Positions 40,650 through 55,000 of a stretch of 64,000 bases of DNA are shown here, one piece after another (position 1 is the first letter of the stretch; every line of letters starts with the position of its first letter). The stretch comes from Nageia nagi (Eukaryota > Plantae > Pinophyta). The notes beneath the pieces are model-generated. The model saw only the letters and a list, made by a program, of their open reading frames with translations. It did not search any database and had not been told where the DNA came from. The stretch lies in assembly GCA_050084985.1 (NCBI GenBank), contig JBITNC010000001.1:200570001-200634000 (forward strand), written 5' to 3'. The position numbers and the translations under genes are program-made.

Positions 40650-42231
40650 AGCACCCAGGTCTGAGGAGGATTATGCTACCTATTTATGTGTGATCTTTGA
40701 CCCTAGACTAGTGATTTGCCTCTTCCTCAATGTAGATATACAAAGATATTAGTTGACTTATTTTCTCTACTTGTAGTTGCAAGACATGAGGACCTACCAA
40801 TTTCTTAGCAAGATATCTCATCTAAATGTAGTTTTATGAAAGTAATGATATATTTGCAACTAAATATATATTGCATCAATATTGGGAAGCCACATCCTTA
40901 TTCTTAGGTCATTAATTCTAAGACCAATAGTTGAAAAGAGGTAGAACCAACATAACTGATGCTTAAATGGCATCATTGTATTCTCCTAACTACTATTGTT
41001 ATACTTCTCCAATAGTCAAGGATAAAATAAGTGACAACCTTGAAGGGTCATTCCCCCTAAGAATCATAATTAAAAGTAGAAATACCTACATTTTGACATC
41101 AATATCATTCACATGGTACTAGAACAAGAGTTAATCTTTAATAATCAATTTTGAAGGAATCTAAGTGAGAAATTCTATTATAGTACTCTAAGGCACCAAA
41201 ATTATAAAGGTTATCCTAGAGATTAGATATCTGTAGTTGAATACCTATAAAAAAATTAAAGTTCTAGATATGGGAATATGTATGGACTACCATCCTAGCA
41301 TGATAATAATATTATAGATTTTTACCTACCTGAATAAGTCATCCTTTAAAAGGGGAGAGCTCTATAATAATTTAATGTTTGTAGATAGATATGTTATTTT
41401 TATGTAATTGTAGGGTTAGATTTTTAGAAGGTTGAATGGCTTGCTTCTCATGCATCCTTATTTATCTAATAGAGGTATGACCCCCATTTAATCCTATATC
41501 CATAGGTTTAATGTTGTAGGTGGAATATTTCCAAGAATACTAGCTTATTTTCAATAAATTGGAGCCTAAAAAATGTAAATTACTCTTTTCTCATGCACTT
41601 TTGCAATTCATGCCCCATGTTTGTAATTATTCTATAAATGAATCTAATATGTTTCCCATATATATGTTCATGAGGTTATTCTAATTTAGTTGAAAGATGA
41701 TTTCATATATGAAATACAATCCATGATGTGGGATTAACCCTAAGTAAAAGGCCATTGAGATACATTGTGGGTATGTTGGCTCATTATAGGTGGGTTACCC
41801 TTTGAAGTACATTTATTTTATTGGCTATAAGTGGAGTATGAGATTGTTTTTATTATGATAAGTCTATTTACTCTATTTTATTACTTTTTTTAGAGGAATT
41901 GACATGAATTTATGTTATTTTAAGTTGGGTGTCCCTTCTCCATAAAGGTATCTTTGTTATTCCTAATATATTAGCATGTTTATGGGTATTCATATTTTTA
42001 GGATTGAAGTTGGGGTCATCTCCCTTTTTTTCATTTTCTATTTTATTTCCCTCACTTTCCTATAACTCTTGACCTTGAACTAAAGGTATCATATTGCTAA
42101 ATACAAGGCACTCTAATGCCCAATTAGAAAAAGAGTTATCTTGCAAAATCCTAGAGGTTCACTACACCAAAATCAAGCTTCAAGGGTAGTTCTAAAGTGC
42201 CATTATAGTTCTTTAACAATGGTTTATCACA
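40650..42231 (+). mobile_element. Highly decayed Gypsy 3' end (integrase/chromodomain, PPT, probable LTR)
   Basis: SVVEYL*KN.K chromodomain-like remnant, then purine tract aaaaggggagagc (~41348-41360) followed by tataat (cf. tgtaat); possible LTR end ttatcaca at 42231. Confidence 0.4.
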
Positions 42232-43129
42232 TGTTGTTGATAAGGTCATAATATATATATGATATTTTATAATTTCCTAAAAAATATTAAAAAAAAAGAT
42301 GATAGGGGCTAAGGTCTCTCAATTGGATTCATAAGAGAATCATGTAACTTGGGAGTTTAAAGATAACACATGCCATATTATGATGACAATTTAGTCTCAC
42401 CATGGAAGGATAGTTGGTGATTTGGGTGATGAATTGTGTGGATTGACTTTGTAGGGTGGTAGATACCTCTTTCTATGGGAATATATTAAAGTTGCATGCA
42501 AGTTGAAGGAAAAATATTCTATATGTTCCCAATGTACTTAATTCATTTCCATCCCAACCCATTTATCTCCTATATAATATGAAAGCATATTATTTGTAGT
42601 ATTAAATCTATATTTTGGGAGAGAAAATAAGGAAAGGGAAGGATTTTCCTAATAATTTTTTCAAATTTTTATTTTTTTTAATCATGGATGGTAATCTTCT
42701 TAGGATAGAACATGTTAATTATTTACTTCTTAAGAAAAATAGGAATCTTTGGTGTACTTTGTATAGAGGTGGTCCTCAAAACATCATAGAGGATTTTAGA
42801 GATCAGGATGTCAACCTATCATAAATAATCTTAAAGTTTTGGAATAACTGATATCTCATAATTGGTATTTGTTGATATAAAAAATGCAATTTAGCTCTTT
42901 TTCTTACAACAAAATGTGGGGGTGGAGGATTCATATATATTCACAAACTAATCATCATTATATAAATTAATTTTCAATTGATTCAACCTATGGTTTTATT
43001 TATCCAGGAAGGTACCTTATGATCCATTTTCAAACAATATAAAAGATCATACTTCATAGACAAAATCATGATCTATTGAACTGTCAAAATTTTAGGAACA
43101 TCAAGAACACATATTCTCTGCAAAATTGC

Positions 43130-43918
43130 TTTAGTATTAAGTGGCTCTTATTTTGGAAATTCAAAATTGCAAAGATTTATATCTCATAATATCCTTTAGA
43201 AACATCCTACAGATAGAGAGGTGAATAGGATCTTAAGCTTTTGATGGTCCAATTTTATATAGGTTGGCCTCATATTTGTTCTTTATCTAATTATATTGCA
43301 CCTTTTCCACATAAAAGAATATAATATAGATTGGATTCTATCTCTTATAGATAATATAATATTCCTTATTTATTGTAGCTATTAGAATTGAGAATCATGA
43401 GGTTTACTTTTCACAGATAGAGATGTAGACCCTTTAAAAGACTCATCATAGATAGAAGAGATAATTTGATTCTAAATTCTTTATTCTAATTTTATCATGA
43501 TGATGCTTTATCCATCATGAAAGATGTAAAATAAAAGGAAAAGGGATATATATGCAAAAAGAGATAAAAAGGTTGAAAGTGTAGGAAATAAAGGAAAATG
43601 ATATTGCTTAGGGCTAACTTGGGCTTCCAATAATTTTGTTAGAACTAGGAGGAAGGATACCTAGCTCATAGCAATCCCTATAATGTAGTATCTATTATTT
43701 GATTGCAAGAGAGTAGAGGCTATATTCATGAATATTTAATTCATCATACCATGAATAATAATAGATATATAAGCAATATACCCATTTAAGTCATTCAAAG
43801 ACTTCATGAAGAAACAAATGTACAAGTGCTACCATACTCAATTTGAGCTAAAAAATAGATATTTCATTACTTAGGTACAAATGTTGAAAGATTTAACCTC
43901 CTATTTTACAATGATATA

Positions 43919-43967
<49 letters not shown>

Positions 43968-44350
43968 AAAATATTTACCAATAGTATTAAGAATCTAAAG
44001 AGAATCTATAAACTACAACTTGTATGCAACTAAATAATAGAATTATGAAATCTATAATATATTTAAGCTATAAATTGAATACATATATGTAACTTCCTAA
44101 ATTTACACTAATAAAAATTTTATTTTATCTTTAACCACCAGATGTAGCTAGAAAATATTATTTTCATAAGATTGGAGACATTTTGAAATCTTTGCTTAAA
44201 ATTATTACAATGCTTATAAAATCTTATTGAACTTAGGTAGTATAACAAAGAATACCATTATTTAGACCAATAGTAGATGGTAATTGACTTTAGTGGCTAT
44301 TGAAAAATCAGGCTAGGTTCAAGAAGAATAAGTCATGATTGAGGTTTTTG
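43130..44350 (-). repeat. Family G retroelement fragment (LTR/leader/gag start), copy 1
   Basis: Direct repeat of 62810-64000. Adjacent minus-strand gag-like peptide (DVPK then, after a frameshift, FDSSIDHDFV) at ~43060-43110. Confidence 0.65.
43917..43964. repeat. (TA)n microsatellite
   Basis: About 22 TA units; other (TA)n tracts at ~28089-28109 and ~32330-32357. Confidence 0.95.
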
Positions 44351-47300
44351 AGTTCTACAAAAGCATGAGGTGTATTGATTTATCATATCACTTTTCTTAG
44401 AGATGCCTTCATAACAATCTATTCATATTCCAAGAGAATGTAAAAAGAATAGAGATTAGTAGGTTTTGAGATTATTACAATAATTAAAATTCTACTGAGC
44501 TACAAGGAATTTCATCAATTTCTAAGTTTACTACACTATGGGAAAATTCATCAAGGAAGAGTATTGCTAGGATCTAAGAAGATGATTTAAACATGTAGCA
44601 CCGCTAAGCTTTGAGAGTTATCTTTCATTAAATTGCTACCATTTTGGATGCCTCTAAAATATTTTAAACATGTTAAAGTATAAAGAAATTAATAAATAAT
44701 CTCCATTCTTAATATAAGTTGTTATTTCTATAACATTATGCCCTCTTTTATAGTTATTATAAAGAGTTAGAATAGTTAGCAAATCGTATAATAAAAATTA
44801 AGCATGTAACATGCATTGGTAGGATGGGATGGAAAAGACTCTAAATAAATTAAAAAAAAAAGTCTTTATGTATCAATTAGTTAGAATATTAACCACTTAC
44901 AACTCAAAAAGATATTTTTGATATGTATTGAAATAAAACATTGAACTAACTCACTTTTTTACCATACTTTTTTTATGCTTTTAAATCTATCTCCACTTGT
45001 GAGCCTTTTTCCAAATAGTTTTTTTGATATGTCATGTGATGCTTAAAAAAAGATTAGTAATGGGAATGTAAGTTTATGAGGAAGGAAGGAAAGAGAGAGG
45101 AGAGCAAAAATTACAAAAAAAAGAATCACGAGTGTGAGAAAATGAAGACTCTAGTTATATCGAAGGAGTTTAATGAATGATATGGGTGGCTTATAGTGGA
45201 CAAAATGGGGTGGATAATGACATATATTCATAAGATAATTACTAATCTAGCTTACAAGCTTCACATAATATATTTACTTCCTTAGGTGTACTTTGATCTT
45301 TATTCTTAGATGTTCTAATACTTCCTATGCATTGGCCATTTATAGGTAAACTCACACATATTTGTTTATGATCTCTCTTAGTAATGAATCTCAATAAAAA
45401 TGGTTTAAACAATTCTTAATTATTCCTAACTAATTCAGAGCTAGTGCTATCTATACTTTTTTTTCTCATCAATCTTATCCTACCTAATTAAGCAATCTCC
45501 TTTTATATGTGATTAGTTGATATTGAATCTAAATACAAATCAATAACCTCTATGAAAAACTCTTTTGATCTATCTTTAAATTAAATTTTCAAGAAAAAAT
45601 ATATTGAAGGAAACTTTATCATTGAAATATGTTTGTATAATAACCAAAATTCTAGAATAACTCTTTTGATAAGGAATATTATAGTTAATATACATGATAG
45701 TAATCAATCAAGTACAATAATTTGAGATATTAGATACTTTATCATGAACTAATGATAAATAGCTTCTTGGGATTGTAGGACTTGAAAAATAATGGTAAAT
45801 ATCAAAGGCTTATCCATAAGATATAAACATTTTAGGTATGCCCCCTAGTATTACCAAATATCTACCTCTATATTTTAAAAATATAGTTATTTACTCATAT
45901 CGACACTTTCTAATGTTTGATGATCATTCATATTTCTAAGGGTAATTTTATAAGGTCTTTTTCAACATAATGAATAAATATTAGGATCTTACCTTAGAAA
46001 CTAGAATGTACAAAATTAGGCAAGGGTTGTATAGATGTATCTTTGTAGGAACATCCATTTTGTGTAACTTTTTTAGTTAGATTCAAACATGTATACTTAG
46101 ATTAAGATAAGTTCAAAATACATTGGATCTATTTTAGATTGGATCTTTGAATATGTATTCCATAGCTAGTAGCATCTTAATAAATAACCATTTTAAACAT
46201 AGGAACCTTTTAATATTATCTTTATTATTCCAACATTCTGGTATCATAAGATGACAATCATCCTTTTAAGATAGGATTAAACCATCACTTAATATTTTTG
46301 AGGTCATGAATATTTATCAAGAGAACCTTGACATTATCTCACCCCCAAATATTATAGGTCCATGAAAACCTTTCTTTTTAAGAATATTTTTCATATTAAT
46401 AACTTTTGAGTCATATTTACTAAGTGTTTTGTTGAACTTCTAACATTTTAAAATAAATTTTCTTATTCTTCAAATTTTGAATCTTGAATTGATCAGCTCA
46501 CAAATAAATTTATCTAGTATATGCATTGATGTTACCAAATTTATCTTTGAATAGATATAAAATGTATTTCTTATAGTCATGTGTTTTAAGCTACCACTTG
46601 TTTCCATCTAACATTTTTCACCTATTATTGACTTCACAAACCTAAAAATTGTAGACCTATTTTTTTGTTTAGTTTAAATACTTGAATGGTCTAGGAATGG
46701 ACAAGGTAATCCATATGAGCATGTTAATGCTACTAGCTAGTCAGCACTCATATTGTAAGATTGTTCAAATCTAGATTAACCAATCCTAATCATAATCCTT
46801 TTGGTGTCCACTTCTCAATGCTCATCCTATTGGAAGATACCATGTAGTTGACCTCATCATTTCTATTCATGAACTATGCAACAAATATTCTGATCATGAT
46901 GTAGTGGTTTCCTACTAGGGAACCATATAAACTAAGAGAATGCTCATCCATAATATTTTGCATCTTATTCAATGATAATAATTAAATTCATAGGTTGCAA
47001 AAAGATTATCCTAGATACTTTTCCATATGAAATGAGTAAGTGTCATCACCCATGGAATAGTCATCATAATACTATTTGCTAACTATAAGTAGTATGAATA
47101 CTAGTTATCTTCACCTAATAACTATAGTTTTATTGACTAATATCCTCATTTGACAAACTATCAAGGATATGAGAAACTAGCTTACCCATATCTATTAACT
47201 AGGTTCATAATGAAGTACAACATCCTCATGCCCATATCTTGGGGAGCCATGGGCATTGTAATAATACCCTTGATTGGTTGGTATAGTAAAATAATGTTTA

Positions 47301-47630
47301 AGAATGATTAGATATAGACCATAACTAAATATAATATTCCTATATATAATTTATTCTAGATCAATTATTAGTTGTATTTAGGTTTTTATGCTTGAATTTA
47401 AGCATCAGGATGTCATTCTAATCTATTTATTTTCAAAAAAACTATCACATTTTAAAATATGTTTGATAATCAAAGAACTAATTTCATCAAACATGTGCAA
47501 GAAGTTTTAAACAAATTTATTCAAAAAGTAACTAAAGTATATTCAATAGTACTTTACTATAATTGTCTCATATACATAGTGTGATAACATAAAATATTAA
47601 TTTAAAGGTACTTCACATGCAAGGGATTAT

Positions 47631-48700
47631 CTAAAGACAACTATTTATAACAAGGAAGTGCAGCATAGAGTATTTCATACTCAAGGAATATTCTTTTTGC
47701 ATGTAATTTAGTGAATGAATGTTTGACTAAGTCATATTTTATGTAAAAGTCCTTATCATTAGTCAATCCATAATTTCTTATCTTACTTTAATGTAGGCTT
47801 ATTGATCAATCTTAGTATAAAGTTGAAATCTAATTATTTATCTTCTAGGATTTTGGATCATTTAAGAACCTTAATATTTTGTGTTATCTTGAGCTTAAGT
47901 ATCAATGGCTTTATCATCTTATTTATATCAATTATAAGTAATTTCTTTAGAACCTTCAAGAATGTATAATTTCAAATACAACATCATCATTTACTTATCA
48001 TTTATTATAATTAAGAAATGTTTAATATTTTTGAGCCCTTAATGTTCGACCTATTTATGAAGTACAAAAGGATTCATATTTCACCATAATATTATTAGGT
48101 TTGGAAAATACATGTAGTACATATTACTTTGTTATCAAGTACCTAATTTCATATAAGCATATTAGATATTTTGTCCCATTATTTAACTGATTCCCCAAGA
48201 TATCATTGATAATCATAAAAATCATTATATATTTATTTAAGAACATAATATAGGGTAGAATAAATCAAGCTTGATTCTATATTATCATAATAAATTACTT
48301 AAGGATACTAGGTTATCTTATTTATATCTAGATTATCACTTATTTACATTTATTTTCCAAGGTTTATACCTCAATGATGTCATGTCATACCTTAAATGGT
48401 TACATGATGATATTAATCTACAATGGATTTGGGTAACCCTAATTATACATCACCATGTACAATACATTTAATCACATGAGGATTACATTATAATTATCAA
48501 GAGTATTTTCATCATAGTCTTGTCAAGATTTGGTATAAGGTTCTTCAATACATATTTATTCTTTTGGTAAAGTTATTTGCTATCTTAGGATCCAAGGTTC
48601 ATTGGTGATAGGTACTAATAAAGGCCTTTGAGTATTGAGGATCAAGATAGCCCTTTTTCTTGACCAAAATGAATCTTACTCTAAATGCATCATAATCCAT
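47631..48700 (-). pseudogene. ORF-X copy in the 3' LTR of B
   Basis: Starts MDYDAFRVRFILVKKKGYLDPQY; near the end DYMQKEYSLSMKYSMLHFLV; homologous to 3520-4808. Confidence 0.45.
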
Positions 48701-49039
48701 TTCTAAAACTAAAATACCCTATTTATGTATGTTAAGAGGTTTTATGTTCTTTCTAGAATGACCTCCCTTCCTTGGTCTTAGGGTAACATTACAACTTAGT
48801 CATGTTATCTATTAACTTCACATTAATCAATTTCATCTCAATAGTACTAAAATCAAATACAATACATGCCTTCCCATAATAATCAATTCCTAATATGATA
48901 ACATTAATCAAAATCATCACATAAACTTTAATTTTTGATTGCTAATTATAATCAATTATAGTATCTATTTTGAATTAAACTAAAAAGGTTATATATATAT
49001 GTATTATCAAATGTAAACATTTAAATGAAAGAAAGATTT

Positions 49040-50910
49040 TTAGGACCATTTTGATGAGAAGGCCTACTAATTATTTGTCAAAATACTCTATAGATATGCA
49101 CATAAACAAATACATTGAAAGAGGACTACGAATTATTTGACAAAATGACTCATCTAAAAGATCATCATAGGTACCATAAATACCACATAATATATAAATA
49201 AAAACCTATGAGTGGATTAAAAAATGCCTCCTTGCAATGCATTCCTATGGATCATAACATATATAATGAGTACATGGAAGGATATATGAATTATTTGATG
49301 AAATGCCTCACCATATGCAATGCAATGATAGTGCCTTATCAATAAGAATACTATTTGTCAAAATACTTTATAGATATGCACATAAACAAATACATTGAAA
49401 TAGGACTATGAATTATTTGACAAAATGACTCATCTAAAAGATCATCATAGGTACCATAAATACCACATAATATATAAATAAAAACCTATGAGTGGCTTGG
49501 AAAAATGCCTCCTTGCAATGCATTCCTATGGATCATAACATATATAATGAGTACATGGAAGGATATATGAATTATTTGATGAAATGCCTCACCATATGCA
49601 ATGCAATGATAGTGCCTTATCAATAAGAATAAATTAGATTCATTGAAGGGATTTGTGAATTATTTATTAAAATACCTAATTGATATGCACAAAAATGGAT
49701 ACATTTAAAGAACTTGCAATTTAAAATGCCTCCTCAAAATGCAATCTTATGATCTATAATGCATGCTAATAGATACATTGGAAGGACCTATAGATTGTTT
49801 AACAAAAGGCCTCCTTGATAGCAATCTCATTGTTTATAATGATCACATGATACACACTAAAATGGATATATTGGGATAACATGCATATTATTTGGAAAAA
49901 TGCCTCATTAGAATATAAGATATTCATAAATTAAGTGAAAATAATCTTCTAATCAAAATACAAGATAAGCACACATGACTACATTAGGAGGCCCTATGAT
50001 ATGTTTATTTTAATTCCTCATTGAGATATAAAAATATGTTCATAGTTATGAACCATAAGTATGTTAGAAGGATATATGATTAGGTTGACCAAATTGCCTC
50101 ATCAAAATATCACCTTAAGAGCCACAATGGTTGCTGAAGTGCCCAATACAATGGTTGCAAGTGGTTTAATAAAATGCTTCATTAAAGTGTAGTATCAAGG
50201 ACATAATTATATATAAGGGATATGTTAAAAGGATATGCAAATGGTTATACAACATGATTCATCATAATATGATTTCATGGACCTCAAAAATAAGCACAAA
50301 CAAACATATAGGAAAGGTATACAAATGGTTGACAAAATGCTTCATTGTAATGTAATACTAAGGGTCAAAATGGTGTATATAAAAGAATATTTGGATGAAA
50401 TATATGACTATTTTGATATAATGAACCATAAAAGGTAATCTCATGAGTGTAATAAGCATAAAATATGCATAGGAAAGACACATTGGGAGGATCGATAGGT
50501 TGTTTGATAAATTTACTCTTTGACATACAACCTTGAGGGAAAAATAAACACAAAATGGATGCATGGAAAGACATATGAATGGTAAATATAATATATCTCA
50601 TAATTAAGAGTCACAAACATACCCAAAATGAATACAATATATGGATATATAAAAAAATGTTACCTCTTCCAAATAATATTTAACCATGGTAAAGTTCTAA
50701 ATGCAAGGTGCATGTCAACATATATCCCAATACAATTTATTTGTTTTGCCTCAAGTACTATGTACAAAGCAAATGGATTCACATACATTCAGAAGATCAT
50801 GGATTTAATTTGTCCCATACTTTCTTTGCATACATGTATGAAAAATATATACAACCATTCACATGCAAAGGTATCAAATAACTACTAATAATATGCCTCC
50901 TCAAGGTAAC
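49040..50910 (+). pseudogene. PPR-derived repeat array in the 3' LTR of B
   Basis: More than 12 degenerate units of gatatgcaca.aaatggatacattgaaaggcctatgaattatttgacaaaatgcctcat, corresponding to GYAQNGYIEKAYELFDKMP; also ISWT-like and QMQ...FICF-like remnants. Confidence 0.75.
49072..49631. repeat. 280-bp near-perfect tandem duplication
   Basis: 49072-49351 and 49352-49631 differ at only a handful of sites; single copy in the other LTR. Confidence 0.95.
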
Positions 50911-52029
50911 ATTAATGTAGAGCTAAAAAACTCAATTAGTATTATAACAAACTTTTAAACAAGCATATCTCCTTCAAACATGCTAAAGTAAAATTAAATA
51001 AAATTCAAAAATTAGCTAAGCATTTTAGTATTAATATCTAAAATGCTAGGAAGAGCATCCAGACTTAAGAAGAGGAAGATTCTTCCTTCATGTCCCACTA
51101 GAATAATCTTGGGAGAAAAAGAGATGTATTTTCCAATGTTCACTCACCTATGTATTTATATCCAAATTTTGGTATAATATATCCAAGAAATTGTGGTAGG
51201 ACTTAGGCAATTTTGTTTGTAAGTGTTATATCCTACAAAATAACTTGGACACTTCATATTAGGCTACAAAATATTTCCAATAATTTCATACAATTATTAT
51301 AAGAAAATAAGTTGTGTGGGTATGACTTCTCTATTATTTTTGCAAAACTCAAAAATCACCTTGCAACCTTCATAAAATGAAAACAAATCCTTTTAACCCT
51401 AAATTTTTATTTTCACCTAAATTTACTAAAATTCCTTGGTGAAAATTTAGCTTCAAATAGTTGGAATATTCCTTACATAATTTGCAAATGGTTAATTAAT
51501 TTCCTAATCAAATTCCAAAATGAATATCATATTTTTAATACTCATATTTAACTATGATGAGACCTCATCCTATAAGGTAAATTTGTTAGTGCACATACAC
51601 ACATAAAAACTAGACACAATATCAAAATTGAATATTATGCACAATAATTATGATTTGCATCTATATGATCTACGAATATCCTTATGTATATTAATGAATA
51701 CATACAAATTATTTTCTCACTCTTAGAAATCCTTTCCCATTCCAACTCATGCTTGGTTCCTTGGGTCTCTAACCTAACTCCCTCCCTAAGTCAACCTATA
51801 ACTTGTGTCAAAAAATTCTTGAAGCTAGTATCAAGTTGACATAAATAATGCATATATATGTTCATAGTTAATCATCTCATAATATATATAGTCTTATTCA
51901 CTTTCAAATTCTCAAAAGCATTCAAGTCTTAACTAGTGCAAATTAGATGGGTTATTACATACTACCCCCTTAAAAGGAACACAGTCCATTATGTTCTTAA
52001 ATACAAACCATAAAGTTTAATAATATTTG

Positions 52030-55000
52030 ACATATTCACTTAAACAAATAAGGAAATTATCTTTTCATGTTTGATTCATCTTCCCAAGTGGGAGATAATT
52101 CAAAATACTTATCCCATTGAACAAAACATCCATTAATCTCTTGGCTTCTTAATTTCCTAGTTCTGAAAGATAAGATTTTAATACAAAGAACTTCAAGGGC
52201 TTGAGGGTCCAACATCTACAAGTTAGAAAAATTCAACATATGAGAAGGGTCAATAATATGCTATATTAATAATGAGACATGAAAGACATAATGAATTTTT
52301 GACATACTTGATGAAAAAGTAAGTTTATAAGCAACTAGACTCTTTTTCTTGACTATTTTCAAAAGGATCAACAATCTAGGGATCTAATTTGGTATACTTT
52401 ATGGTACTTTTCATGGGTTAGGATTGTAAAAATTATTTTTTTACCAAAATAAATTCTTAAGGAGTTCTCTTAAGATCAACATAACTCCTTTATCAATTGA
52501 TAGCTTCCTTGAGTTTTTTTCTTATGGAATTAGGTTTATCCTCCATTTGCTTTAACATTTTAGGATGGATCATCACCCGATCCTCTTGATTGTTCTAAGA
52601 TATAGGAGTTTTGTATCTCCTTATATAAAGAGATTCAAAGGGGACCATTCCTAAATATGAATGTTATCCATTATTATAGACAAAATAAACTAAATAGAGG
52701 TAGTCCTCCAATTTAGTCTTTAATTCCATGTAGTACATTTTGAGCATATCCTCAAGAACATTATTCACTCATTTCGTATGTTTTTCTATCTCTAGATGAT
52801 AAGATAAACTCATGTCCAATTTTGTTCCCAATGCCTTATGTAATAATTTCCAAAATGTGAAGGTGAATTTTGAATCCCTATCCAAGATGATCACCTCTAG
52901 AAATCCATGTAATCTAAATATTTCATGAAAAAACTTATTTTTCACTATAGGGGCATTATCAGTGGTATTTCTAGGTATAAATTGTACTACCTTGTTTAAT
53001 CTTTTAACTACTACTAATATTAAGTCATGATGGAACCTAATTTTTAGAAAACCAATAATAAAATCCATTAAATTTACCTACTATTTCTTTTTGGGAATAT
53101 CATATGGATATAGATATTCTCTTGGATGTTGATGTACTGGTTTTACCTTCTAACATTAAAGACATCTAGTCACAAATTCTTATATATCTCTTTTCATGCC
53201 ATCCCAATAAAATTTTTCTTTTAGGTCCTCTCTCATTTTTGTACATCTTGTATGTGCTGCATATGGGGGACAATGGTCTTCTTGCATGAACAAACTTCTT
53301 AGATTACCTTTTTCTAGAATGACTAATATGTCCTTAAAGTAAAAGATTCCATCATGTTCAATAAAATCTTGGGATAATGGGGTATCCTTGCCTATCAATT
53401 ATTGAATAAATTTACAATATGGATATTCTTGCTATAAAATAATCACTTGATTAAAAAAATCAAATTGAATTCTTGTCATGGCATTGAAATGCTACATATG
53501 ACTTAGGTAATCTACTACCTTACTCTCTTTTCCTTTAATGTGTTCAATGCCAAAGTTATACTTAGGTAAAAAATCCACCCATTGCCTTTATTTGGCATTT
53601 ATATCTAACTAAGTGAACAAATACTTCAAACATTGATGATGTATTTCAAGTTTGAAGGTCTTTCCCAAAAGATAATGTCTCCACATATTAAGTGCATGGA
53701 CTATAACTACCAACTCAATATCATGAGTTGATTAATTTAGCTCATGAGTTCTCATTTTATTGGATTAAAATGCTTTTGGTTTTCCATTATATGACAACAC
53801 AACATCCAAACCTTTCAATGAAGCATATGTACATACTAAAAAATCACCATGTGGGTCAGGAATGGTGAGAATATGTTTGATAGTGAGACTTTCTTTCAAA
53901 TTTGTAAAACCTTTCTCATATTTTTATGTCCACTTGAACAACTTATTCTATTTCTGAAGACTCATGATAGTATTGGATATTTTTAATAAATCCTTGAAAA
54001 ATATTTGATAATATATGGCTAACCCCATAAAACTTCTTACCTTATTCACATATGTTGGTTTAGGCCAACTAATTATTGCTTCTACTTTCTTTGGATCAAC
54101 TGAGATTCCATTTATAGAGATGATATGGCCTAGATACTAAATTTGTGAGGCATAAAATTCATATTTTGATAACTTTCCACATAAATAGTTTATTCTTAAC
54201 ATTTGTAGAGCCAATATTAGATGATAGTTATGCTCCTCCTCATTTCTTGAATATATGAGGATGTTATAAATAAATACCAAAATAAATTTACTAAGGTATT
54301 CTTGATACACACTATTCATAAATTCATGAAAGATGCAGGGGAATTAGTTAACCCAAAAAGTAATACCACAAACTCATATTACCCATACCTAGTTTTGAAA
54401 GCTACTTTATGAGTATTTGAACTCTTGATCCTTAATTGGTGGTATCCCAAGCTTAAATCTATTTTTTGAAAAGATAACAACATCCTTAAGATGAACAAAC
54501 AAATCATCAATCCTAGGTTATGTATACCTATTTTTTATGGTAACTTTGTTTATCATCCTATAATAAATACATAATCTTAGAGTACCATATTTCATTTTTA
54601 CAAATAACACTAGAGTGCCCCATGGTGATACACTAGGTTTTATTAATCCTTTTTCTAAGAGATCTTGAAATTGTGCCTTCAACTCTTGCATCTCAATAAT
54701 ATTCATTCTATATGGAGTTTTAGAAATAGTCTTCACTCCAAGTACTAGGTCTATTGAAAATCAAATTCTTATTTTGGGGGTAATCTTGGTATATCTTCAA
54801 GGAATACATCCTTGTATTCTCTTAACAAAGGGTACTTGTTTAGTAGTTCTACCTCCTTATCTTCTTATTCTACCTACTTAACTTTAATTGCATAAATCAT
54901 ATCCTTTTTTCTTATACTTCTTTTAACTTGGATAGCTATGATCAAGTAAGACTCAAAAGGTCCTTGATCATTGTATACCCTATATTGGGTTTAAGACACC

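Larger units (their letters stand above)
46582..51959 (-). repeat. 3' LTR of element B (5378 bp)
   Basis: Colinear with 56787-61840 throughout; TG...CA. Confidence 0.9.

Noticed and set aside
49040-50600. Regularly spaced conserved motif with variable spacers, superficially CRISPR-like
   Set aside because: The repeats are degenerate, translate as PPR motifs, lie within plant LTRs, and there are no cas genes.
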